Source of the DNA: a candidate division WOR-3 bacterium
GTDB lineage: Bacteria > Hydrothermota > Tepidihabitantia > SM23-42
Assembly: GCA_020355325.1 (NCBI GenBank)
Contig: CP070664.1
Span: 2,589,189-2,653,188 of the forward strand
Reading direction: 5' to 3'
DNA length: 64,000 nt
This document shows, in pieces, positions 56,418 through 64,000 of the stretch (positions are counted from its first letter, which is position 1; every line of letters begins with the position of its first letter). The position numbers and the translations under genes were made by a program. Under the pieces are notes generated by a model. That model saw nothing but the letters and a program-made list of their open reading frames with translations. It ran no database searches and had not been told where the DNA came from.

Positions 56418-58054
56418 ACTACTCCTACCCTTATCTTCTTGTGAACATATGTTGAGGTATGTGTATAACATTTGATAATCACATAATAGAGACCACTGCT
56501 TACTCTCATTCCTTTATCATTACGTCCGTTCCATTCCAATGTATTGATGCCACTCTGTGCACCTGTGCTATTAGTTGATATATGTTCTTGATGTACTTCA
56601 TTACCAAATGGGTCATAGATCGCAAAAATTACATTACAGGGGTGTGGTAAATAATACATAAAGCGCATCGTTTGTCCTTCAATACCCATGGGATTTGGAT
56701 AGGCAAGAATCTCCCCTTCCATAATGGAAGAATCCGCCACCATTACGTAACAGGTTGCTAAAAATGTTGTATCATCGGCAGTAACACCAATTGTATCCAA
56801 TTCATTAAAATATATGTTTGCACAAACAAAATAAGCAGTAGCAATTCCCAACGAGTTTGTGTATGGGTTATCCTCAACTATATAACCATTACCGCCACCA
56901 AGAACTGTGAAATTTACTTTTTTATCTTCTATGGGTTGGCCGGCGCGGTCGTATACGGTGGCGGTTATTAGGGCATTTGTGCCAGCATTAATTGTATCAG
57001 GGTCAACGACTACTCCTATATGTGTTGTCTTTGCTTCAATATCCAAATAATTTTCATAGGACTGTATTGAACCATTTTCTGCTTTTAGCATCGTATTGTC
57101 TTCGGCTTGGAAAAAGTAAACCGAAAACTGTGCTTCACCATTGGAAAGATATTGTGTTAACGGATTTGTATCGAGTGGAGGAAAGTTTGATCGAAGCGTA
57201 ACTGTATTACCAGAAGTAGAAGTTTTATTCCACATCGAATCCGCAGCATAAACAATAACAGGAAAGGTCTCCAAAACATACTGGTTATCCGGTTCTCCAG
57301 ATTTCCCCGGGGTTTCAGGCTCATAATTGGTCGTATCACCGGGTAGGTGTGTTTCACCTGGGAGAAGAACGAGTAGATTGGTGTATTCACCCGGGTAAAC
57401 AGTGATTAAGGAACAACTGTCTTCGTCTATTGCAGGATTTGTCACATCGTTAAAGTACACCCGTTGCGGTCCTGCCGTTCTGAAGGCAAAAGGTAAACTG
57501 AAAGTGCCATTAACGAGCTGTATTTGAGAACCTTGAACAAATTGGTCAGTCTGGTTGTACCTGATAATATGATTGGTTGTATCTACAATATTGTACCACG
57601 CATCGGTAAGATAGATATCAATAGTAAATTCTACACCAGCAGTCTGTCCCTCAACCGGACCATATTTCCCGTTTTCTGTTCCAGGGTCATAAATTTCGTT
57701 GGGTACGATTGACAGGAGTTTAGCAGGTGCACTTGCTAAAATATCAAAATCGTTTGACTGACCGGTGTGACCATCATAATCATTGCAGATAAGCGCCATA
57801 TTAGCCGCCAGGGTTACCATAACATTATTAGTACAAATACCATTTATAAATGATACTTGTTTAATACAGTAGGCAGGATTTATTGATGAGTAAACCCAGG
57901 GTTGGCCATTATAATCTGAAACTATCTGATTATTAATATCATAGGCATAGATAGTAATCTGAAATGAATCTCCCACAACCTGAGGTGAAGAAATGGGTGC
58001 GAATCCAAAATGGTCAAGTTGACTCAAGATTAAAATTGTAATTAAATTATACAA
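56411..58054 (-). CDS. secreted Ig-like repeat protein with T9SS-type/FlgD-like C-terminal domain
   Basis: 547 aa. TTG start after AAGGAGG. C-terminal LEWNGRNDKGMRVSSGLYYVIIKC. Confidence 0.55.
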   Translation of the reverse strand: MYNLITILILSQLDHFGFAPISSPQVVGDSFQITIYAYDINNQIVSDYNGQPWVYSSINPAYCIKQVSFINGICTNNVMVTLAANMALICNDYDGHTGQSNDFDILASAPAKLLSIVPNEIYDPGTENGKYGPVEGQTAGVEFTIDIYLTDAWYNIVDTTNHIIRYNQTDQFVQGSQIQLVNGTFSLPFAFRTAGPQRVYFNDVTNPAIDEDSCSLITVYPGEYTNLLVLLPGETHLPGDTTNYEPETPGKSGEPDNQYVLETFPVIVYAADSMWNKTSTSGNTVTLRSNFPPLDTNPLTQYLSNGEAQFSVYFFQAEDNTMLKAENGSIQSYENYLDIEAKTTHIGVVVDPDTINAGTNALITATVYDRAGQPIEDKKVNFTVLGGGNGYIVEDNPYTNSLGIATAYFVCANIYFNELDTIGVTADDTTFLATCYVMVADSSIMEGEILAYPNPMGIEGQTMRFMYYLPHPCNVIFAIYDPFGNEVHQEHISTNSTGAQSGINTLEWNGRNDKGMRVSSGLYYVIIKCYTHTSTYVHKKIRVGVVW

Positions 58055-58125
58055 CTTACCTCCTTACTTTAATTTTTAGGACTATTTCCCAAATAGATTT
58101 AAGTCTTACGAAAACCATGAATTCA

Positions 58126-58153
58126 AGTATATCCATAAATTTTATTTTGTCAA
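58126..58153 (-). promoter_or_regulatory. sigma70-type promoter for the Exb-like envelope operon
   Basis: Minus-strand TTGACA 58153-58148, N16, TATACT 58131-58126. A ~70-nt leader follows. Confidence 0.55.
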
Positions 58154-58370
58154 TAGTAAATTATGCACTTTATGATGCCAAATTCCTTTCATCATATTTG
58201 TTTATCATAGTTTTCTAATGCAAAATATGTGCCAAAAATAATGAATATAAATTTAGAGAATCAAGAACAATCGGGGAAAAAATATTTCTACACTGCACAT
58301 TTGTATAATTTATTATCTGTATAGACAATGTTGATAACAGCCAGCAGTTTATTAATATGCTCGTCAATAC

Positions 58371-58399
58371 TTGAAAAGAAACAAAAACTTTGGTATACT
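58371..58399 (+). promoter_or_regulatory. sigma70-type promoter with extended -10 for PCC-domain gene
   Basis: TTGAAA 58371-58376, N17, TGgTATACT ending 58399. Confidence 0.5.
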
Positions 58400-58430
58400 A
58401 CTAATGGTTATTTTTTATGTTAGAGGAGGA

Positions 58431-58853
58431 ATGATGAAAATCAAAAAATTCAATGATTATTATGTTCTGCGACTTCAGAAGGGCGAAGAGATTATGAGTA
58501 CCTTAAAAGCGGCGGCACAAAATAAAAAAATCAAAGGAGCGTTCTTTTTCGGACTCGGCGTTGGAAAAGATTTAGTTCTGGGTTATTTTGATGCTCACAA
58601 GCAGTCGTATGTTAAAAAGGCATTTCAGGGAGAATATGAGTTCACCAGTTTGTTGGGCAATATCACGAAGCTGGAATATGATACTGTTGTTCACTGTCAT
58701 GCTACAGTAACCGACGAGAACTTTCAAGCCTATGGTGGGCACCTTTTTCAGGGAATTGTTCCAGCAACGTGCGAGATCATGGTCTTTCCCTTCAGAAAGA
58801 TTTTGAGACGGAAAAAAGATAAAGAGACCGGGTTAAATTTGATAAGCGTATAA
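58431..58853 (+). CDS. PPC/DUF296-domain (PCC) DNA-binding-like protein
   Basis: About 140 aa from the ATGATG at 58431/58434, after GAGGAGG. YVLRLQKGEEI..GAFFFGLG..HCHATV..GGHL pattern of DUF296. Confidence 0.6.
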   Translation: MMKIKKFNDYYVLRLQKGEEIMSTLKAAAQNKKIKGAFFFGLGVGKDLVLGYFDAHKQSYVKKAFQGEYEFTSLLGNITKLEYDTVVHCHATVTDENFQAYGGHLFQGIVPATCEIMVFPFRKILRRKKDKETGLNLISV

Positions 58854-58933
58854 AATTAGCTACGTACATCGGTTTCGAAATGCGATACGGCTTCGTCCTT
58901 CGGTTTCATAACCATTACCTCACACTGAGATTA

Positions 58934-58961
58934 TTGACATAAGTATGATTACTATTATAAT
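58934..58961 (+). promoter_or_regulatory. sigma70-type promoter, leaderless configuration, for radical SAM gene
   Basis: TTGACA 58934-58939, N16, TATAAT 58956-58961. ATGs lie at 58965 and 58968 (3 and 6 nt downstream). Confidence 0.6.
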
Positions 58962-58964
58962 AGA

Positions 58965-60113
58965 ATGATGGACCTTTTCTTCGAGCGGGTTATATCGCGC
59001 AGAAATTTCTTGAAAAAATGCTGCTTGGCTGCAGTCGGTGGAGCACTCGTGCCCAAGCTCGTAAAGTTTGGAGAGGCGCAGGATGCAAAATTCGGCTTTA
59101 TCAAGCGTAAAAAAGCTTTGTATTACGAAAAATTGCCTAAAGAAAAGGTTAAATGTCTGCTCTGTCCACGAGGATGCGTTGTCCCTGAGGGGAATAGAGG
59201 ATTTTGTCGTGTCCGAGAAAATTCTCATGGTGAGTACTACACCTTAACTCATTCAAATCCTTGTGCTGTGCATAATGATCCGATTGAGAAAAAACCGTTA
59301 TTCCATTTTCTACCGAAAACGACTGCACTCTCAATAGCTACTGCCGGGTGTAATTTTACCTGCAAGAATTGTCAGAACTGGAGCATCTCACAGGCAAACC
59401 CTGAGCAGACTGTTAATTATGAGGTTTCGCCAGACCTGCTCGTGGATTTAGCGCTGGAATATAAGATTCCTACTATTGCCTATACCTATACTGAACCGAC
59501 GATATTTTTCGAGTACATGCTTGAGTCAGCCAAGATTGCAAAAAAGAAGGGTGTACTCAACATGTATCACTCGAATGGTTATATCAACCACGAACCACTC
59601 TATGCACTGATTCCTTATCTCGATGGTGCAAATGTCGACCTGAAGGGGTTCAGCAATGAATTTTATCTGGATATTACAGGAGGCACACTCCACCCCGTGC
59701 TCGAAACTCTAAAGACTTTAAAGAAGGAGGGTGTGTGGCTCGAGATTACCAATCTCGTCATTCCAACGAGGAACGATTCCGAGCCGATGCTAAAAGAACT
59801 CTGCCAATGGATTAAAAACGAATTGGGTGTAGATACACCGGTTCATTTTTCGCGATTTTATCCTCAGTATAAGTTGCAGAATTTACCATCTACACCGATT
59901 AAAACGCTACAGAAAACCGCTGAAATTGCTCATACCATCGGACTTCACTACATATATATTGGGAACGTTCCGGGTATGCCGGAGGAGAATACCTATTGTC
60001 CAGCGTGTGGTAAGGTCATTATTGAACGGAGAGGGTATTCTATTGGTGCAATTAATTTACAAAATGGCACCTGTAAATTCTGTAAGAATAAAATTCCTGG
60101 AAGGTGGAAGTAA
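58965..60113 (+). CDS. AmmeMemoRadiSam-type radical SAM enzyme with N-terminal twin-arginine signal-like sequence
   Basis: 382 aa. SRRNFLK followed by a hydrophobic stretch and AQDA. CLLCPRGC.., GCNFTCKNCQNW (CxxxCxxC), and a C-terminal CPACG..CKFC. Confidence 0.7.
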   Translation: MMDLFFERVISRRNFLKKCCLAAVGGALVPKLVKFGEAQDAKFGFIKRKKALYYEKLPKEKVKCLLCPRGCVVPEGNRGFCRVRENSHGEYYTLTHSNPCAVHNDPIEKKPLFHFLPKTTALSIATAGCNFTCKNCQNWSISQANPEQTVNYEVSPDLLVDLALEYKIPTIAYTYTEPTIFFEYMLESAKIAKKKGVLNMYHSNGYINHEPLYALIPYLDGANVDLKGFSNEFYLDITGGTLHPVLETLKTLKKEGVWLEITNLVIPTRNDSEPMLKELCQWIKNELGVDTPVHFSRFYPQYKLQNLPSTPIKTLQKTAEIAHTIGLHYIYIGNVPGMPEENTYCPACGKVIIERRGYSIGAINLQNGTCKFCKNKIPGRWK

Positions 60114-60181
60114 CATAGTGCATTCTATACATTACTAAAATAGTTGTAGTGTTATCTGTAAACCTCGAGTAGATTTACTAC

Positions 60182-60209
60182 TTGACAGAAATTGTTATTT
60201 ATATAAAAT
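60182..60209 (+). promoter_or_regulatory. sigma70-type promoter, leaderless configuration, for holA
   Basis: TTGACA 60182-60187, N16, TAAAAT 60204-60209. The ATG at 60216 follows after 6 nt. Confidence 0.55.
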
Positions 60210-60215
60210 GGTACT

Positions 60216-61157
60216 ATGAATGACCGCGAGCTGCGTGAACAACTCAGGGATGGTCGAGTGCATAATCAATATCTCTTAATCGGTACCGAACCATTGCTTA
60301 TCGAGAATGCAGTAAAAGCAATAAAAGACACACTGACGGTAGATGAGTCATTTGATTATGATTCGTTTTCAATTTCTGAAGCATCAGTTGACGATATCGT
60401 TTCTAAACTTTATCTTTCACCATTTGCTTCAACGAGAAGACTTGTAGTCATTAAAAATCTGGAGGAATTGGATGCGAAAGAGTTGAGTGCATTTGCCGAT
60501 GCGATCAATGGTGTCAAAACGAACAATTGTGCAATTTTGGTATACATCACGAGTAAGGAATATCAGAGGTATAATAACTATAAACGGATAGCGAACAAAT
60601 TTCCGCATGCGAAAGAGATAACCTTCATTCCGGATAAAAAACTTATTCACCGATGGATAGTCGCAAAAATAAAGAAAGATAACTTGAACCTCTCGACATC
60701 AATGATTCATTACCTGCAAGAAGAATTCGGCAACGATATCACCGGATTGAAGAATGAATTTGACAAGATTGAAAACTATTTGCATGAAGCGAAGTCATTG
60801 AATCCCGACAACATGAAAGACCTTGCTCGAGGATTGTGTGATTTTAATAAGTATCATCTGGTTGATACGTTTTTGAATGGTAAACCAGAGACACTCGCGT
60901 GTTTTGAGGAGTTGAGTCCATATTTACGGTCTTATGCCGAAATTGTCGATGCACTGACCAGAGGCATAATATACCACATTCAAAGGAAAGAGCATGTAAA
61001 TGAGGCTGTTCATGCATCGGTTAAAGATATTTTAGATGAGGTTATTAATATTGATAGGAAGGTAAAGACGAGTTCATTTTTTGTTCATCTGCTGCTTGAG
61101 CTCCTTTTACTGCAGAGGTTGCGTCTATTTGGAAAGGGAGCAATTCATGGCTCATAA
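60216..61157 (+). CDS. holA: DNA polymerase III subunit delta
   Basis: 313 aa. The YLLIGTEPLLIE start and domain lengths are typical of HolA. Weak family, recognised by eye. Confidence 0.6.
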   Translation: MNDRELREQLRDGRVHNQYLLIGTEPLLIENAVKAIKDTLTVDESFDYDSFSISEASVDDIVSKLYLSPFASTRRLVVIKNLEELDAKELSAFADAINGVKTNNCAILVYITSKEYQRYNNYKRIANKFPHAKEITFIPDKKLIHRWIVAKIKKDNLNLSTSMIHYLQEEFGNDITGLKNEFDKIENYLHEAKSLNPDNMKDLARGLCDFNKYHLVDTFLNGKPETLACFEELSPYLRSYAEIVDALTRGIIYHIQRKEHVNEAVHASVKDILDEVINIDRKVKTSSFFVHLLLELLLLQRLRLFGKGAIHGS

Positions 61158-61983
61158 TTTAAACGAACTACAAAATATTCAGGCACAGCGACAAGATTTA
61201 ATCACGAAGCTGGAAAAGATAGAGGCGAGAAAAGCGACCGTTAGTACCAAGGTTTATGAAAAGGTAAAGCGTGAATATGAAGATAAGTTGAAAAAGCTGG
61301 ACGAACGATTAGCAGAAAATACTGATTTAATGAAGGCAGAACTCGAACATTTAAATCAAGAGCAAGAAAAGATTGAGCAAGAAGAGAAAGAGGTGAGACT
61401 CGACGGCGAAGAGATTGAATTACGATATACCATTGGTGAATATGATGAAGCATCTTACAAAAAAGCAGAGACCGAACATAACGAAAAGTTGAATGCTATA
61501 GCGGCAAAGTTACAGAAAATACACGAGCGCATGAGTTGGATCCAGAACTTTCTCACACCAAAAGTCGAAGCAGCGGTTGAACCTAAAAAACCAGTGGAGG
61601 AGGTTGTGAAAACGACTGAAGAGATCGTGGAAGACAAGCTTGTTCCTGAAGAAATGGAAGCGGTTGATGATAGCATATTAGAAGAAATTAAACCAGATGC
61701 GAGCCTTACCATTGATGAACACATACTCGAGGAGAAACTAACACCCGAAGAGATGAAGCTCGATGAGCTACTCGTCGAGGAGGAAGCAGTAAAACCTGAA
61801 ACGGTCGAAGAGAAAGAGCGAGAGACAAAACCCGAGGTTGTGGAGGAGAAGGAGACAGCGGAGGAACCGTCGAAAAAGACGCAGGAAGGTATCACCTGTC
61901 CGAAATGTGGGCATGTGAATACGCCAGACTCATGGTACTGTCAAAAATGCGGTGCGGAAATTTTCGGATTTCCAGCATCGTAG
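61147..61983 (+). CDS. coiled-coil, acidic low-complexity protein with C-terminal zinc ribbon
   Basis: Start at the ATG at 61147 (MAHNLNELQ), overlapping the end of holA by 11 nt. C-terminal CPKCGH..CQKCG. Confidence 0.55.
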   Translation: MAHNLNELQNIQAQRQDLITKLEKIEARKATVSTKVYEKVKREYEDKLKKLDERLAENTDLMKAELEHLNQEQEKIEQEEKEVRLDGEEIELRYTIGEYDEASYKKAETEHNEKLNAIAAKLQKIHERMSWIQNFLTPKVEAAVEPKKPVEEVVKTTEEIVEDKLVPEEMEAVDDSILEEIKPDASLTIDEHILEEKLTPEEMKLDELLVEEEAVKPETVEEKERETKPEVVEEKETAEEPSKKTQEGITCPKCGHVNTPDSWYCQKCGAEIFGFPAS

Positions 61984-62013
61984 TATACAGATAGACCGAG
62001 GAAAGCAGAAACT

Positions 62014-64000
62014 ATGAAATACGACCATGCCACAGTAGAAAAAAAATGGCAAAACTACTGGAGTGAGAATAATCTATTTACGACACATGAGAAGCCGAAA
62101 AAGAAATTTTATAACCTCGTCATGTATGCTTACCCGTCTGGTGATATTCATATGGGGCACAGCAAAAACTACGTTATCGGGGATGTTTATGCGCGATTTA
62201 AAATGAGGCAAGGATATGACGTGCTTCATCCATTTGGATGGGACGCATTTGGCTTACCTGCGGAGAATCAGGCAATTAAGGTTGGTATTCCCCCTGAGAA
62301 ATGGACGCTTGATAATATTCGTATTTCTGATGAATCGCTAAAACTTTTGGGGATCAGTTATGACTGGAGCCGAGAGGTTATTACCTGTTTACCTGATTAC
62401 TACAAATGGACGCAATGGATGTTCCTCTTGCTGTACAAACGAGGACTCGCATATAAAAAAGAGGCATATGTCAATTGGTGTCCCGGATGTCAAACTGTTT
62501 TGGCAAACGAGCAAGTCATTGATGGAAGGTGCTATCGATCAAATTGCAAATCTGTGATTGAAAAGAGGAAATTAAATCAATGGTTTTTTAAAATTACTGA
62601 TTATGCAGAAAGGCTGCTCGACGGTTTGAATAAACTATCAGGATGGCCGGAGAACGTGAAAACGATGCAACGAAATTGGATCGGTAAAAGTGACGGGTGT
62701 GACATTGTCTTTAAGGTTGTCGATAGCGATATGAACTTTACCGTCTTTACCACGAGGCCCGATACAATATATGGTGTTACTTTTATGTCCTTAGCACCCG
62801 AACATCCGGTCGTCGAAGATTTGGTTAAAGGGAGTGAACATGAAACGGCAGTACGGCAGTACATACAAGAGGCAACAAAAAGGACTGAGATAGAGCGAAT
62901 CGAGAAAGAAAAGGACGGTGTGTTCACTGGATGTTACGCAATAAACCCAGCAAATCATGAAAAAGTGCCAATTTTTGTTGCCGACTATGTACTTCTAGAA
63001 TATGGAAGTGGCGTTGTTATGGGTGTGCCAGCGCATGATTCGCGTGATTTTCAGTTTGCCAAAAAATATAATCTGCCGATAAGAGTCGTTATCAATCCTC
63101 CGGATTCTGAACTGATATCAGAGTCAATGACGGATGCATATGAGGACTTCGGTGTTATGGTGAATTCAGGAACATTTACTGGATTGTCTTCGGAGGCGGG
63201 CATTAAAGCCGTTACAGAATTTTTAGCAGCCAAAAAACTCGGTGGGCCGAGCATCAACTACCGACTCAAAGATTGGCTGATATCGCGGCAACGATACTGG
63301 GGAGCTCCGATTCCAATCATTTATTGCGATAAATGTGGCATTGTTCCTGTGCCTGATGCGCAGTTGCCGGTTCTCTTACCGGAAGACATAAAAGACTACA
63401 TACCGAAAGGTAAATCACCACTTGCTGCAGTAGAGAGTTATATCAACACAACGTGCCCTCAATGTGGTGGTAGCGCAAAACGTGATGCGGACACGATGGA
63501 CACCTTTGTTTGTTCATCCTGGTATTTCCTACGCTATTTGGATCCGAAAAATGAAAATGAATTTTGTTCAAAAACGGAGGCCGATACGTGGCTTCCTATC
63601 GATCAATATATAGGTGGTGGGAGTGAACACGCTACAGGGCACTTAATATATTTTCGATTTTTCACCAAGGTTCTTTGTGATACAGATTATATTTCTGTCG
63701 ATGAACCAGCAATGAAACTGTTTAATCTCGGCATGGTATTAAAAGATGGTGAAGTAATGTCGAAATCAAAGGGGAATACTGTACCTGCTGGTCAATTTAT
63801 TCGGAAACATGGCGCCGATGTCGCGCGTCTTACCATTCTCTTTGCCGCACCACCAGAACGGGAGATGGAGTGGAGCGATGAAGGGGTGACAGGCTCGGAG
63901 CGGTTTATTAATCGCATCTACCGTCTCGTAATAGAACACAAGTCTTCTATCGTCAAGGATGTCCCAACGAACATTGCCCAGGATGATGAAAATCTCTTTA
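62014..64000 (+). CDS. leuS: leucine--tRNA ligase (5' partial, continues beyond window)
   Basis: Open frame from the ATG at 62014 to the window end (absent from the ORF track because it is unterminated). MKYDHATVEKKWQNYW, YPSGDIHMGH (HIGH), VMSKSKGN (KMSKS). Confidence 0.9.
   Translation, partial: MKYDHATVEKKWQNYWSENNLFTTHEKPKKKFYNLVMYAYPSGDIHMGHSKNYVIGDVYARFKMRQGYDVLHPFGWDAFGLPAENQAIKVGIPPEKWTLDNIRISDESLKLLGISYDWSREVITCLPDYYKWTQWMFLLLYKRGLAYKKEAYVNWCPGCQTVLANEQVIDGRCYRSNCKSVIEKRKLNQWFFKITDYAERLLDGLNKLSGWPENVKTMQRNWIGKSDGCDIVFKVVDSDMNFTVFTTRPDTIYGVTFMSLAPEHPVVEDLVKGSEHETAVRQYIQEATKRTEIERIEKEKDGVFTGCYAINPANHEKVPIFVADYVLLEYGSGVVMGVPAHDSRDFQFAKKYNLPIRVVINPPDSELISESMTDAYEDFGVMVNSGTFTGLSSEAGIKAVTEFLAAKKLGGPSINYRLKDWLISRQRYWGAPIPIIYCDKCGIVPVPDAQLPVLLPEDIKDYIPKGKSPLAAVESYINTTCPQCGGSAKRDADTMDTFVCSSWYFLRYLDPKNENEFCSKTEADTWLPIDQYIGGGSEHATGHLIYFRFFTKVLCDTDYISVDEPAMKLFNLGMVLKDGEVMSKSKGNTVPAGQFIRKHGADVARLTILFAAPPEREMEWSDEGVTGSERFINRIYRLVIEHKSSIVKDVPTNIAQDDENLF

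Noticed and set aside
1-64000. CRISPR arrays, rRNA genes, prophage or integrase genes, toxin-antitoxin or restriction-type defence islands
   Set aside because: I saw no regularly spaced direct repeats, rRNA-like stretches, integrase, recombinase or phage structural genes. The only mobile-type gene is the RayT-like ORF.

Overview
Dense 64-kb chromosomal window from a low-GC (roughly 40% by eye) diderm bacterium. The Tol-Pal, TonB and OmpA genes, T9SS-type C-terminal sorting domains and an A/V-type ATPase suggest an FCB-superphylum or candidate-phylum lineage; this placement is inference only. I call about 65 protein genes and 4 tRNAs (Ser-GGA, Lys-TTT, Pro-TGG, Pro-CGG). Content is mostly housekeeping: trxA/TlpA/OsmC redox genes, ffh, rpe, tatA, era, asnA, a dTDP-rhamnose operon, ileS, leuS (partial), holA, sucCD, pcm, apt and a full Tol-Pal set. 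I saw no CRISPR array, rRNA, prophage or recognisable defence island. Things worth a second look: (1) both tRNA-Pro genes are followed by the same ~140-150 nt decayed tRNA-Pro copy with a two-hairpin insertion in its T-loop. (2) An A/V-ATPase operon holds only C-F-A-B-D, with no I, K or E. It is headed by a signal-less gingipain-fold (C25-like) His/Cys protein and a 92-aa ORF, all with 4-nt overlaps and a leaderless-type promoter. (3) Many consensus TTGACA-N16-TATAAT promoters end 5-6 nt before the ATG, or 7-8 nt before the mature tRNA 5' end. (4) A second Tol/Exb-like envelope gene cluster contains a ~820-codon TPR reading frame broken by a single in-frame TAA. (5) A 1362-aa double-activase/dehydratase-like (BCR/HAD) fusion protein. 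(6) A radical SAM enzyme carries a perfect twin-arginine signal. (7) A RayT/IS200-like gene is bracketed by perfect 17-bp inverted repeats. (8) A DUF488-DUF72-DUF763 cluster. All family assignments rest on motif recognition by eye, since no database search was possible. Start codons are the least certain coordinates; the ORF track also uses GTG and TTG starts.
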